The notes: generated by a model from the sequence alone, not told the origin. Shown: positions 51,201 through 62,774, counted from the first letter of the stretch. The stretch is DNA of 64,000 nucleotides from Zancudomyces culisetae HAW-14-8 (GCA_052426225.1 JBNJNM010000007.1:310001-374000); one strand, 5' to 3'. Made by a program: numbers and translations.

Positions 51201-51903
51201 CAGAGAAGACAGATTCAAACATTTTATACTTTTCAGGGATTACAGGAGTTACAGGGTTTTCAGGATTAGATTCAGAGACAAGACAGAGATTTTCACAGGA
51301 TTCAGGAGCTACAAGGGATTCAAGATTGTTCACGGTAATTGCACCAGCATAGACAGTGTCTGGTGCCTTCAGATGTTCTTTAAACTGGTTTGAGCCCACA
51401 AGAGATATGTCTAGGTTGACATGGTTGGGCCCACAAGAAGTCAAGGTACAAGGCAGATGGACTATGTTCTCAGTCCAGTTGATGTCAGGATTGTGTTGTT
51501 GAAGCCAGGAAAGACCAAGGATGATTGGTGAAGATCCAAGATCTAGTTGTTGCAGATAGATACTTTCGAGATGGTTATCATTGATTTTTAGTGTTACTTG
51601 GGAGGCAGAGTTGGATCTAAGCTTTGATCCGTCAGCGAGAGTGATTGTCATTTTTCTAGATATAGATGGGAGATTGATTTTTAGAGCAAAGGTGGCGTCA
51701 ATGAACGAGGACGAAGCACCAGAATCAACCATAGCGTAGGTTTTGATGTGGTGGTGCTTGGACAAGATGGTTACAGGAATGGTCAAGGTGTTTGGTTTAT
51801 CAGGAGATTGGGTGTCAGAAACAGGAGTGGTTACAGTGGCGTGGGGACTGGCTAAGTTGCCCAATAGGTGTCCCTTACTGTCTACTGGGCGGTGTCGTTT
51901 TCC
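48286..51903 (-). CDS. pol: Pol of element 1 (PR-RT-RH-IN-chromodomain), reached by -1 frameshift
   Basis: AMVDSGA protease, YIDD RT, ETDASD RNase H, HHCC/DDE integrase, GPF motif, C-terminal chromodomain (EYEVEKILD..YLVHWKGY). The listed ORF start is a TTG; the frame stays open back to the GGAAAAC slippery site. Confidence 0.93.
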   Translation of the reverse strand, partial: GKRHRPVDSKGHLLGNLASPHATVTTPVSDTQSPDKPNTLTIPVTILSKHHHIKTYAMVDSGASSSFIDATFALKINLPSISRKMTITLADGSKLRSNSASQVTLKINDNHLESIYLQQLDLGSSPIILGLSWLQQHNPDINWTENIVHLPCTLTSCGPNHVNLDISLVGSNQFKEHLKAPDTVYAGAITVNNLESLVAPESCENLCLVSESNPENPVTPVIPEKYKMFESVFSESQSAKLPEHRPYDHTIPLLPDSKIPYGPLYNLSQLELKTLYDYIQENLANGFIQRSESPAGAPVLFVKKKDGSLRLCVDYRALNKITVPNRAALPLISETLDRLGKAKIFTKLDMKSAYHMIRISPGEEWKTAFRTRYGHFEYKVMPFGLMNAPATFQSFVNDLFREYIDQFLVVYIDDLLIYSDDIDKHYDHVCLVLKKLQEHNLTLKLEKCEFDVQSVQFLGFVIGPNGISMDPSKVSSVTEWKTPTCVRDVQAFLGLTNFYRRFILNYSKISLPLTALLKKGVQFQWTPKAEEAFALLKETMISNPVLAHYNPDQPCIIETDASDFALGAICSQYDNEGQLHPVAYYSRKLLPAEVNYQIYDKELLAIIDAFAHWRHYLEFSVHPTVVMTDHKNLEYFSTTRNLSRRQVRWSEYLSNFNFVIKYRPGKQNTAADALSRKDQPWKGGDSRTDQNKITLLPPEIFLKSMTSTPVEPLSSTLMNNIKSLQPKDTYFGPIYTDLSKKPDSHEKFALVDNLLHYDGLICIPSDDNIKRTILIECHDSPAAGHFGNAKTYELVSRNFYWPTMRKYIKDYISGCDTCQRNKSSRHKPYGYLAPLPVPDSPWSSVSVDFITQLPPSNNFTAICVFVDRLTKMAHFVPTTNEIDAEGTADLFIQHVFCKHGLPKDIVSDRGVTFNSSFMRTLMKSLNIEQKMSTAFHPQTDGQTERVNSVLEQYLRCYIDYQQTDWSKWLPIAEFAYNNTSHASTKTTPFYANYGFHPRFSVIIPRTQVLNPASSDRSKRLSDIHQELKFNISLALEDHEKYYNRKVSSQPDFNIGDIVYLSTKNIRTQRPSKKLDYRKLGPFKVLEKIGQRSYKLQLPHTMKIHPVFHVNLLEPCKPDLIPDRLSKPLPPVIIDGQEEYEVEKILDSKIFGRTVKYLVHWKGYPDTERTWQTYSDLANAKYLVTEFHRHHPEKPKPTQMLHGAQP

Positions 51904-53102
51904 TGTGTTGGTGTAATGCTGGAGATGTTGTGGCGTTTCTTTGGACAGTTGATGTTGAAATGGTCATTACCGCCACAATAGAGACAGAGGTTGTTTTCGA
52001 TACGGTATGCTCTTTGAGCAGGAGTAAGTGGTGGTCTTCTAGTCGATGAAGCGGTACTGAGATCCATTGGTTGAGGTCCATCACTATTAGCTGGTGGAGT
52101 GGTAGATGGTGCAGAAACAGGTGAAGCAAACGGGTTGTAAGCAGTGGGTTTGGGTGGCATAGTTGCAGTGGGGTTAACTGGAGGTTGACGACGTAGTGGA
52201 TGGCTGAAGAGGCGGTTGTCGATCTGGATGGCTGTAGAGATCAGGGTATCGATGTCTTCTATTGGTTCTCTACGGTTGAGTTCCTGGGATACGTTGTACT
52301 TGAGACCGGATAGAAACTGTGAGATCAAAGGTGGTTGGTTCCAGTCAATTAACATCTGTAGGCGTCTAAACTCGGTGGCATATGCGGCAACGGAAGTGGT
52401 TTGGCGGAGTTGGCGGATTGCCCTATCAGCATTCTCAATAGGGTTGGGATCACCAAAAGCACGAGTGATAGTTTCTTTAAACAGATTGTAGTTGGAGAGG
52501 ATGGCAGGACGGTCAGACTCTGGAAGGTTTGCTTTCATGAGGTAAGGTTCCATGTAACTGAATGGTGTGCCTGAGAGGTAGGAGATGGCATACAAGACTT
52601 TACTTGAGTCAGTGTTGAATTTGTCGGGTGAAGCGGCAAAGACGAGAGCAAGCTGTGAAAAGAAGTTGGAACAGGCGGAGGGTTTTCCTGAAAATGTGTC
52701 TGGGTGTCTTACTTTGATACTAGGTTCAGAAGTACTAGCAACTTTGGTGGCACGGTTTTCAGTTATATAAAGTATGACTTCGTTCCTGAGGGTACTGAGC
52801 TGGTCCTGAAGGGATTGGATTTCCAACTGGTTGGCCTGTATGGCGCTTTGGGTTAGCTGGTCTGAATTCTGGATATCGGACTGGAGGTTTTTCATGGAGT
52901 CAAGAATGGTCTGGATGGACTTGGTGGTGTCTGCTTTGACCTTGTCATAAATTTTCTTGGATACTGTGGCAGGGTGTTCCTTGATGGCAGACTCGGCTTT
53001 TTCTACTCTTATTAGTAGTTGCTGGAGGGCGTCTTCAACTGCTGGCAGGGTCACGGCGGCTTTGTTGAGGAATTCAACTTGTTCTGGGCTAAACGGTTCC
53101 AT
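51882..53102 (-). CDS. gag: Gag of element 1
   Basis: PDTFSGK, LRQTTSVAAYATEF, GPQPMDL, CCHC knuckle CLYCGGNDHFNINC. Confidence 0.93.
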   Translation of the reverse strand: MEPFSPEQVEFLNKAAVTLPAVEDALQQLLIRVEKAESAIKEHPATVSKKIYDKVKADTTKSIQTILDSMKNLQSDIQNSDQLTQSAIQANQLEIQSLQDQLSTLRNEVILYITENRATKVASTSEPSIKVRHPDTFSGKPSACSNFFSQLALVFAASPDKFNTDSSKVLYAISYLSGTPFSYMEPYLMKANLPESDRPAILSNYNLFKETITRAFGDPNPIENADRAIRQLRQTTSVAAYATEFRRLQMLIDWNQPPLISQFLSGLKYNVSQELNRREPIEDIDTLISTAIQIDNRLFSHPLRRQPPVNPTATMPPKPTAYNPFASPVSAPSTTPPANSDGPQPMDLSTASSTRRPPLTPAQRAYRIENNLCLYCGGNDHFNINCPKKRHNISSITPTQENDTAQ

Positions 53103-53667
53103 AGTTAAAATACTTAGGCTGGTGTCAGAAAATAATAAATATAATATTTTGATCTAGTATAGTGTCAAGATCTGGAGTCAGGAGAGTTATATTTATTATT
53201 ATTAAAGTTTATTGTATGAATGTATACAAGATACTAGATACTGAATCCAAGACAGGAAAATTGTACCCTTTTTATACTTTTTTCCAGCCTTGGTTTTTGA
53301 ACAAAATCACTATGAAAACTGCGGAATAGCTAAAAATGCAAGTTAAAGTAAAACGTGTTTGATTACTAATCAAATTGGATTAGTAATCAAACAAAAATCA
53401 AACTCGAATGCTAATAAAATTAAACATGTGAAAATTATTACGTAAGAAAAATTAATAAATAATGTGAATTTTCGGTAATGTTCTAGAATGTTGGGGAACA
53501 TTCTAAACATTACTGCGGAATAAAATCAGATGATTCTAGAACGTTTTTGAACATTCTAGAATCAGTTCATGACAATTCCGCTTCGACCCCTGTTTCAATT
53601 ACTATTTACATATTTTTAATTTTGCAATTACTAATACTATTATCAATATTTATAGTTAGAATGGAAG

Positions 53668-56600
53668 TGTCATGACCCATTCATGATATTATTGCTATTT
53701 TTAATATGTTATTAAAAATAGCAAATGTTAAATTTATTAACGTTTTCTCCGCTTTAATTCTTACTCCATAATCAATAATTCATGGAGTAAGAATTAAATT
53801 TATTAATAATTTGGTTTTACCCCAAATTATTAAATGTTAACTGTGGAGTTGACAGTTAATTTTATTTAGTTTAAGTTATAGTTTAAGTATAGTTTTAGAA
53901 TGTTTTACAATTAATTTTGTATATAGTAAAACTATATAAGAACAAGGATTTTATTGCTTTAGGAAACTTTAGCAATAAAATACTTTTCATCTCGTAGTAT
54001 TTTATTAAATAAATCATAACCAAGTAAACATATAGTACTTAGTGTCAAGTCGTGACATTATTAACTAATATTATATTATTACTGTGTGTTTTAAACTAGT
54101 ATAATTAATAATAACTTTAATTAATTAACTGTGTGTTAATTAGTTAATATCAATATTATTGTGTATAATATTGGTATCTAACATATTGACAAACTTCTTA
54201 TTATAGTATAGTAAAATAAATTTTTAATTAATTAAATTTTCATCATTAGTTGATATAAATATATTAAAGTATTAATACATAATGAGTGTGGAGAATCAAA
54301 AAATTATATCACAAATCAAACTCCGGGATATCAAAATTTTTGATGGGAACCCGGACAAATTCAATTATTTTTCTGCAAACCTGGAGATGCAATTTTGGGC
54401 TAATGATACAGAGTTTAAAAATGTAAAAACAAAAATTATATTCATTGGAGCACATTTGGAAGGACATGCTGCCATGTGGTTTCAAGATTTGATCAGAACA
54501 AAAAGTGAATTATTGCTGGATTTTGCAGCATTTTATGGACATTTTTGTACCAGTTTTTCGGACCCTAGTTACCAGATCAAATCGCAAATGGTTTGCGTAG
54601 ATGCATTCAGGGTTCTAAATCGGTATTACAATATGCTACTGAATTTAGCGATCTAGGTAGAGGTGCTGGATTTGATGATGCTGCATTAATGGACCAATTT
54701 ATGAGAGGATTAAACAAAAACATTCACCAATATTTGATAATGAAACCGCTGTGTGATGATCTGAATACACTAATACAGAACGCAAATAAAGTGGAAATCA
54801 GGATTATAGCTTACAATTGCTATACTGAAAACACTAATATTATTTATAAATAATAATTAAATATCAAACACTACAACCATAATCATCAAAATGCTCAATA
54901 TATTGTCAATAAACATCAAAAAATAGTACCAAAAGTATCAAAAATAGAATTAAAACAACTAATGTTAACTTATATAACAACAGAAAATGTTATAAGTGTG
55001 GTTTAAAAGGTCATCTGTATGCTGAGTGCAACAATACAATGATTAAACAACAAAATAATGATAAAAAATATCTTAAAATAAATGAAAATATGGTTAAAAA
55101 ACATGTTTTTGATAACGTGTTTTGCAGTAAAAACAGTAATTTAGCTGCATATAACAGACCAATTATATCCGTAAACATTGCTACTGACATCTCTGAACCA
55201 ATTCAAGTTGACTGCCTCATCGATAGTGGTTCTTCTGAGAACTTTATCGACATTAATGTCGCAAAAAGTTAAAATTATTACCTTCACCACTTGACATCCT
55301 ATTCAGTATTGAATCTATTTATGGTAACATGCTTAGTACAACTAGTATTAACCATGCATACAATGATATCAAAGTTTCAATTGGAAATGGCCACACTGAA
55401 ACCATTAATCTACATCCAATTCAATCTGTCCATGGTCATGTGATATTAGGCATGCCATGGTTAAAAAAGCACAATCCAAGTATCAATTGGGATACTTTCG
55501 ACATCTTATTTGAATCTGATTACTGTTTGAACAATTGTGTACATCACAAGATGCCAGTAGATGTTATATACAAACCAGAAGTATCATCTGAGGATGATAA
55601 AAGTAATCAAAATGTAATATTTAGTGATGAAAATAGTGAAAAAAGTGATGATAATAGCAGATATTTTGGACAAAACAACACTTCAGAATCTGATATTGAA
55701 CATTCTAACACTATTATGTCTAAAATCAAATCATACTTGTTTACATCAGGAAAAAACGTTGCTCAAAAGGGTACTAATACAAAAAATACGGTCAAAAATA
55801 TTGTAAAAATGAAATTATCACGTGAGAAAAACAAGGTCTCTGAAGCCGTACAAACTGATGATTATAGTAATTATGGATACTTACTAGATCATGACATGTT
55901 TAGTCCACCACATACTAATAATTCGGATATTAATGAACAAAAACAAGAAGCCATTGAAGAAAATACTAACAACAATAGTAAAAAATTAAACAAATATGAC
56001 ATTTAATTTGATGAAAATATGACTTCTAGTGAGTTGAACAAGCTCGTACAACAAATGTATATGCAAAACATAAAAGAGATACAAGAAAAATATAATTTAT
56101 CCGATAGTGAAGATGAAGAACAAAAAATAATTAACATTACAAAAAAGAATCAAAGTATCATTTTTCATGGAAAAAGTGATAATAATGAGTTTAAAAATGG
56201 AAAAATGAATGAAAATATTGAAGATAACACTACCAAACAAGCATGTGTCTGAAAAAACAAAATTAAATTATCTACTAGTGTTAGTGATACATCAATAAAT
56301 AATCTAAACGATATGTATGACAGAATAATTACAAAAAATTTAAGAAAATATTCAAAAAATTCAGAAAAAAGTGAACAAAATATTAACTAAAAATGAGTTA
56401 AAAAATAACAATAAAACATCCATTGAACCTCACACTACCAATGAAGGTAGTACTACTTCTCCACCAACTACTGAAACCACAACTACTAAAAACTTGAACC
56501 TTGATGCAGAGTTATACCCAATTTCAACTCCTACTTTTAATCCTATAAAAGTTAAAAATATCAAACTAAGAACACCTATAGTTATTCCATCTGCTACTCA

Positions 56601-59600
56601 AGTTACTCCTATGACATCTAATACTACAGCAACAACTCTTATAAATTGGATAATTGTTTTAAAATACAAAATGATACAAATTCAATGGATATTGATGGTT
56701 TTTCAACTGAAAAAACACATAATTTAAATGAAAATATTGATGAAAAAATGGATAAAAATATTCTTTTCAAGTATGATACTGACTTCAAAACTGTTTCAAA
56801 TGATAACGATACTGATAATACATCTACTCCTACTGTTATACCTACAAAATATATTGAATTTACTGACGTCTTTGATGCAAAAATGGCTGAAACATTGCCA
56901 AACCATCGTGAATATGACTGTAGAATCGATTTAAAAGAAGATTCTAAACCATTTTGGGGTCCAATATACCCACTATCTCAAACTGAGCTAACTGAATTAA
57001 AGTCGTACATCGACAAGAATCTTGCAAACAAGTTTATAAGGCATTCAAAATCACCTTATGGTGCGCCTATAATGTTTGTAAAAAAGAAATCTGGCGAGTT
57101 AAGACTGTGTGTGGACTACAGAAAACTAAATGAAAATACTATTAAAAACAGTTATCCGTTGCCTAGAATTGATGAGGTGTTTGATAGATTAAAGGATGCA
57201 CGAATATTTACAAAATTAGATCTTCGTAGTGCATATAACTTGGTCAGAATTAAGCAAGGTGATGAAACTAAAACCGCTTTTAGATGCAGATATGGACATT
57301 ACGAGTATCAAGTTATGCCATTTGGATTGACTAATACACCTGCAACTTTTCAACATTTTATTAATGATGTGTTAAGAGATAAATTGGATGTATACGCAAT
57401 ATCTTACCTAGATGATATACTAATCTTTTCACCGGATATACAACAACATACGGAGCATGTTAAAAATGTTTTAAGCAAATTAAGGAAGCATAAACTGTAT
57501 TGTAAACTCGAAAAATGCGAGTTTGACGTCAAAAAAGTGACATTTTTAGGACATATTAAAGTGATAAAGGCATATCATCTGATCCAGATAAAACTAAATG
57601 TGTACACGAATGGGATACACCAACTAAACCAAAAGATATACAAGTATTTATGGGCTTCGCAAATTATTACAGGAAGTTTATTGAAGGGTTTTCCAAGGTT
57701 ACTAGACCACTTACAGAGTTGCGAAAAAAGGATAAAAAGTGGGAATGGACATCCAAAGAGCAAAATGCATTTGATACAATAAAAAATATGTTGACATCTA
57801 CACCAATATTACAATATCCGAACCCAGATAAACAGTTTATAGTTGAAACGGATGCTTCAGTTTATGCAATTGGAGCTATTTTATCACAATATAATGATGA
57901 TGAAATGCTCGCTCCATGTGCATATTACTCTCATAAACTAGATAAAGAGGAAATAAATTATGATATTTATGACAAAGAACTGTTAGCAATCATAATTGCA
58001 ATTAAAGAATGGCGTCATTACTTACAAGGAGCATCACAAAAATATATCATTTATACTGATCATAAGAATTTAGAATCATTTAAAAATGCAAAAATACTCA
58101 ACAGAAGACACGCCAGATGGTCATTATTACTAAATGAATATGACTTTGATATCACCTACAGACCAGGAAAACAAAGTGGTAAACCTGATGCACTTTCAAG
58201 ATATACTAATATTGACGATTCAAAAGTGATAAATCACAATATTATAGAAGGAAAACACTTTATTAATGCAATCATAATACCACAAAGTGTACTTATAAAC
58301 GACATTAAAACATATATTGAGCAGAATAATATCGATATTAATGATTTAAAACATCAACTAAAAGAATCTGATATCATTATAAAACGTAATGGTTTAATAT
58401 ATATAAATGAAAAAATATATGTACCTGATGTATTAAGGATACAATTACTTCAAGAAGTTCATGATTCAGGTGCAGCTGGACATTATGGGATACAAAAAAC
58501 AATAAAAAATTTGGATCGAAACTATTTTATAAAACAAAAAATGAAACATGTGAAAGAATACATTAATACATGTGATGTATGTAAAAAAAATAAATCTAAC
58601 AGACGTAAACAGTATGGATTGCTTCAACCGTTACCTATAGCATCTGGACCATGGAAATCAATAACTATGGACTTTATTACTGATTTACCAAAGTCAAATG
58701 GGTATACAACAATAATGGTTATTGTTGACAGATATACCAAAATGGCACATTTCATACCATTTAAAAAGTTGCCGACTTCACCCGAAACTGTTACTGCATA
58801 CATTAAAAACGTGTTTAAACTACATGATACACCTGATGAAATCATTTCTGATAGAGGATCTCAGTTTATAAGCAAGTTTTGGAAGCGTTTTTACGAACTT
58901 TTAAACGTATAAATAAAACTTTCTAGTTCTTATCACCCTGAAACTAATGGTCAAACTGAGCGTACAAATCAAACATTGGAGCAATATTTAAGGTGTTATA
59001 GCGACTACATGCAAGATAACTGGTGCAAACTACTGCCATTAGCTGAATATTCATACAATAATGCTTATCACAGTGCAATAAAGATGTCACCATTTAAAGC
59101 ATTATATGGTTTTGATACTTCATTTTCATCACAAATACCATCAATAGAGTTAATACCAAGTGCTGAAAACCGTGTAAATGAACTGAAATACTATCACGAC
59201 GACATCAAAAAAGTACTACAAAATGCAATTAAAACTGGTAAAAAGTTTGCTGACAGAAACCGAAAACGACATCCAAAATTAAAAATAGGTGATAAGGTAT
59301 GGCTAATACGAAAAAATATACAAACTGTCAGACCCTCCAACAAATTGGATAACAAAAAGATTGGTCCATACAAAATTATAAGCAAGATTAATGATGTTAC
59401 ATTCAAATTACAATTACCACCAAACATGAAGATACATCCAGTATTTCATGTATCATTATTAAAATAATATCACACATCAGAATTAGTGATACGACCAGAC
59501 ATCAGACCACCATCACCAGTTATCATCAATAAAAATAGAGTATTTTGTGAACAAAATTTTGGATACAAAAGAAATTGATGGTATAACATATTATTACATT

Positions 59601-60293
59601 GATTACGAAGGAAATGGACCTGAAGAGCGAAGTTGGGAGAGTGAACAGGATGTTAACGCTCATGAAAAAATACAAAAATTTTGGCTCAGCAAGATTGAAA
59701 ACGAACGCGAATCCGAATAAAAACACTTAGTAAGTACCCTTAAAAGGGGGGTAATGTTATGAATACACGTGTATCATTTCAATATTTTATATGTAAATAC
59801 AATATTAATTAATTAATAATAGAACAATACATGTGTATCATTAATATTATTTAATTATAAGTAATCTTATTTAATTATTATATAATTATTAGTTTAAAAC
59901 ATAAATATAGTGTATATTAATGAAGTATACTTTATAGTTTTATCAAAACTTATAATATATTTATATTCTAGACCGTTGTGTCTATTTTTATTTATTGGTA
60001 ACTTTAAATACGAATTTTAATTAATAAATTCGTAAATATCATTTCATGATTTTCTAAGAACATTCTAGAAATTTTATTATTACTTGATGATTTTAATAAT
60101 AAGTTCCTGTCTAGAACATTTTGATTAGTAATCAAGCGATAGAAGCAATAATTTTTATTCAAGTTTCTAACTTTTTTATAAGTATAAAAACCCTAGTTTT
60201 TTCTTTAAAGTTTCTATTCCTTATCTGACAACAATTGTCTTATATAAATAAATAAATAGTACTAAGCTAAATATTCCTAAACCAGTTTTGACA
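53668..60293 (+). mobile_element. Degenerate Ty3/Gypsy chromovirus-like element (element 2) with non-matching terminal LTRs (53668-54057 and 59755-60293)
   Basis: Frameshifted gag (54282-), CLIDSGS protease, YLDD RT, RNase H, integrase, chromodomain remnant; PPT AAAAGGGGGG before TG at 59755. Confidence 0.88.
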
Positions 60294-62363
60294 CAGCCAC
60301 ACCAAAGTGGATGCTATAAAGAAATTAAGAGAACCAAAGTCAGTGAAAGAATTACAGTCAGTATTAGGCTTGCTGGGTTACTATAGGTAATTTGTTACAA
60401 ATTTTGCATCAGTTGCAAAACCATTCACATCATTATTACGCAAAGAAAAACCTTGGAACTGAACAGCAGAAACCGGTGAGGCCTTCAGTATCCTGAAACA
60501 TCAACTATGCAACGCCCCTATTGTTATAGCTTGATTTATTTTATTAATAATAACTTGATTTAAGAAAAATATTAACTTTATTAAACTAAAGAGAATATTT
60601 TTCACTGACGATTTCCACAACGAATTTCGTTGGGTTTATATACTTTTTCGTCAGCGAAAATTTCATGATAAAAACCAAGGTCGCAAGACCTTGGTTATCG
60701 AAGAAAAAATATTTTCTTACTTCGATAAACATTCAAGGAGTTTGACCCTTGATTAGTTTCATGATTTTCAATGTTGGGGTTTAGTTCAACATTGTGTTGT
60801 TTTGGTTTATGTAAAATAAATACAGTTACTAAAAATCGAATTGGTAATAAATTAATTTCATGATTACCTAAATCAATTTATGTAACTTTACTAAAATGGA
60901 AATTCAACTTATTAATTTAATTTAACTAAAATAGAAATAAAATTAACTAATGCAAAATTTATAGAACTCCGTTCTATTCATAACACCTATACTGATTCAT
61001 CCGGATTGGAACAAACAATTTATAATTACAACTGACGCCAGCAAGTTTGGTCTAGGAGCGATGCTATCCCAAATTACAGAAGAGGGGGAGAGACCAGTCG
61101 AATTCATCAGTCGTACCACAAACAAACATGAGCAAAACTACGCTATTTCACATCTCGAAGGGCTTGCTGTAGTATGGGCTGTGTCTAAATTTAAGTATTA
61201 CATATGGGGTAAGAAATTTATTATTAAGACTGATCACAAATCACTAATTCAATATTTAATAGTTCCGAAATCACAGGGAGAGTAGCCAGATGGGCTATGC
61301 TCCTTCGAAATTACGACTACTCAATTGAGCATATAGCCGGAAATTCAAACCCCGCAGATGGCCTCTCAAGAATGGTACAACTACCAAACGTCGATAACCT
61401 TAGTGAATTTGAAGTATATAATATGGATTTTACTAGGTACAAAACAGTAAAGCTTTATTACCACAGCACAATATCCGAACAATTCCGATTATAAAACTAG
61501 GAACCAAATCCGTCAAATTTCTAAACAATATGTCGCACAAAATGGTAAGCTCTATAAGAAAGTAAACAAACAGTTAAAAGAAGTTTTGCACGACCAAAAC
61601 ACAGATTCAGTCATTTCGGAAATCCATAAAGAATGCCATGAAGGCATCGAATCCACGTTCAGGAGAGTGTCCGAAAATTACACAGGAAAAAGTCTATATC
61701 GATCCGTAATATGAATAGTTAAGAGTTTTCCAACTTGCCAATTTTACAATGGTAGCAAGAAAAGAAAAAATGAACTCGTACCTATCATATCTGCAAAACC
61801 GTTCGAAGTTTTCGGAATGGATGTTATAGGCCCTATCTCACCTGTTTCTGAGGCCGGAAATCGCTACATTATCACAGCAATAGACTACTGCACAAAATGG
61901 CCAGTAGCCATTGCCTCTCCAAACATGACTAGCGAAGCGATTATTATCTTTATAGTTAATAACATTATCCAGTATTATGGAATACCACAGCAAATTACAA
62001 CAGACCGTGGCTCTTGTTTCATTAGCAGTGCAACAACAAACGTCTTCGAATGGTTGGAGTCAAACACACACCTAGTACCTCCTACCGTTCACAAAGTAAT
62101 GGACAGGTAGAACGTCTCAATCAGACGTTAAAAAATACTCTTAGAAAACAATGCCGCGAAGATACTAAATGCTGGGACCGATATCTATGGAAGTCGTTAT
62201 TAATCATACGAACACTAGTTTCAAAGTCAACGGGGTATAGTCCAGCTCAATTACTTTATTGGATTCAACCAAAAATATCATCAACATGGTCTTATAATGG
62301 TGATATATATATAGAAGAAGAGTTAATACTAAACAGGATTAATATGATAAACGATTACTTACC
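60294..62363 (+). pseudogene. Degenerate Ty3/Gypsy pol fragment (element 3: RT end, RNase H, integrase), interrupted by a solo LTR
   Basis: KVDAIKKLREPKSVKELQSVLGLLGYYR*, NAPI|LIHPDWNKQFIITTDAS across the insert, TDHKSL, TDRGS, SNGQVERLNQ; contains stops and frameshifts. Confidence 0.88.
60522..60985. mobile_element. Solo LTR (464 bp) with CCTAT TSD
   Basis: TGTTAT...ATAACA termini; CCTAT at 60517-60521 and 60986-60990; removing it restores the host pol frame. Confidence 0.92.
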
Positions 62364-62774
62364 TGTCATGAAGTGATTCTAGAATGTTCGAAAACGTTCT
62401 AGAATCATCTGATTTTATTCCGCAGTAATGTTTAGAATGTTGGGGAACATTCTAGAACATTACCGAAAATTCACATTATTTATTAATTTTTCTTACGTAA
62501 TAATTTTCACATGTTTAATTTTATTAGCATTCGAGTTTGATTTTTGTTTGATTACTAATCCAATTTGATTAGTAATCAAACACGTTATTCTTTACCTTTC
62601 ATTTTTAGCTATTCCGCAGTTTTCTAGTGATTTTGTTCAAAAACCAAGGCTGGAAAAAAGTATAAAAAGGGTACAATTTTTCTGTCTTGGATTCAGTATC
62701 TAGTATCTTGTATACATTCATACAATAAACTTTAATAATAATAAATATAACTTTCCAGACTCCAGATCTTGACA
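62364..62774 (+). mobile_element. Solo LTR of the element-1 family, opposite orientation, slightly diverged, no TSD
   Basis: Reverse complement of 47862-48273 with scattered differences; flanks TTACC and GAAAA do not match. Confidence 0.93.

Larger units (their letters stand above)
47862..53574 (-). mobile_element. Intact Ty3/Gypsy chromovirus LTR retrotransposon (element 1)
   Basis: 412-bp TG...CA LTRs at 47862-48273 and 53163-53574 that look identical by eye; ATTCC TSD at 47857-47861 and 53575-53579; PPT AGAGGGGAGG near 48277-48286; open gag and pol. Confidence 0.97.

Noticed and set aside
53140-53162. tRNA primer-binding site for element 1
   Set aside because: No TGG-initiated tRNA-complementary tract next to the 5' LTR; self-complementarity to the LTR explains the site better.
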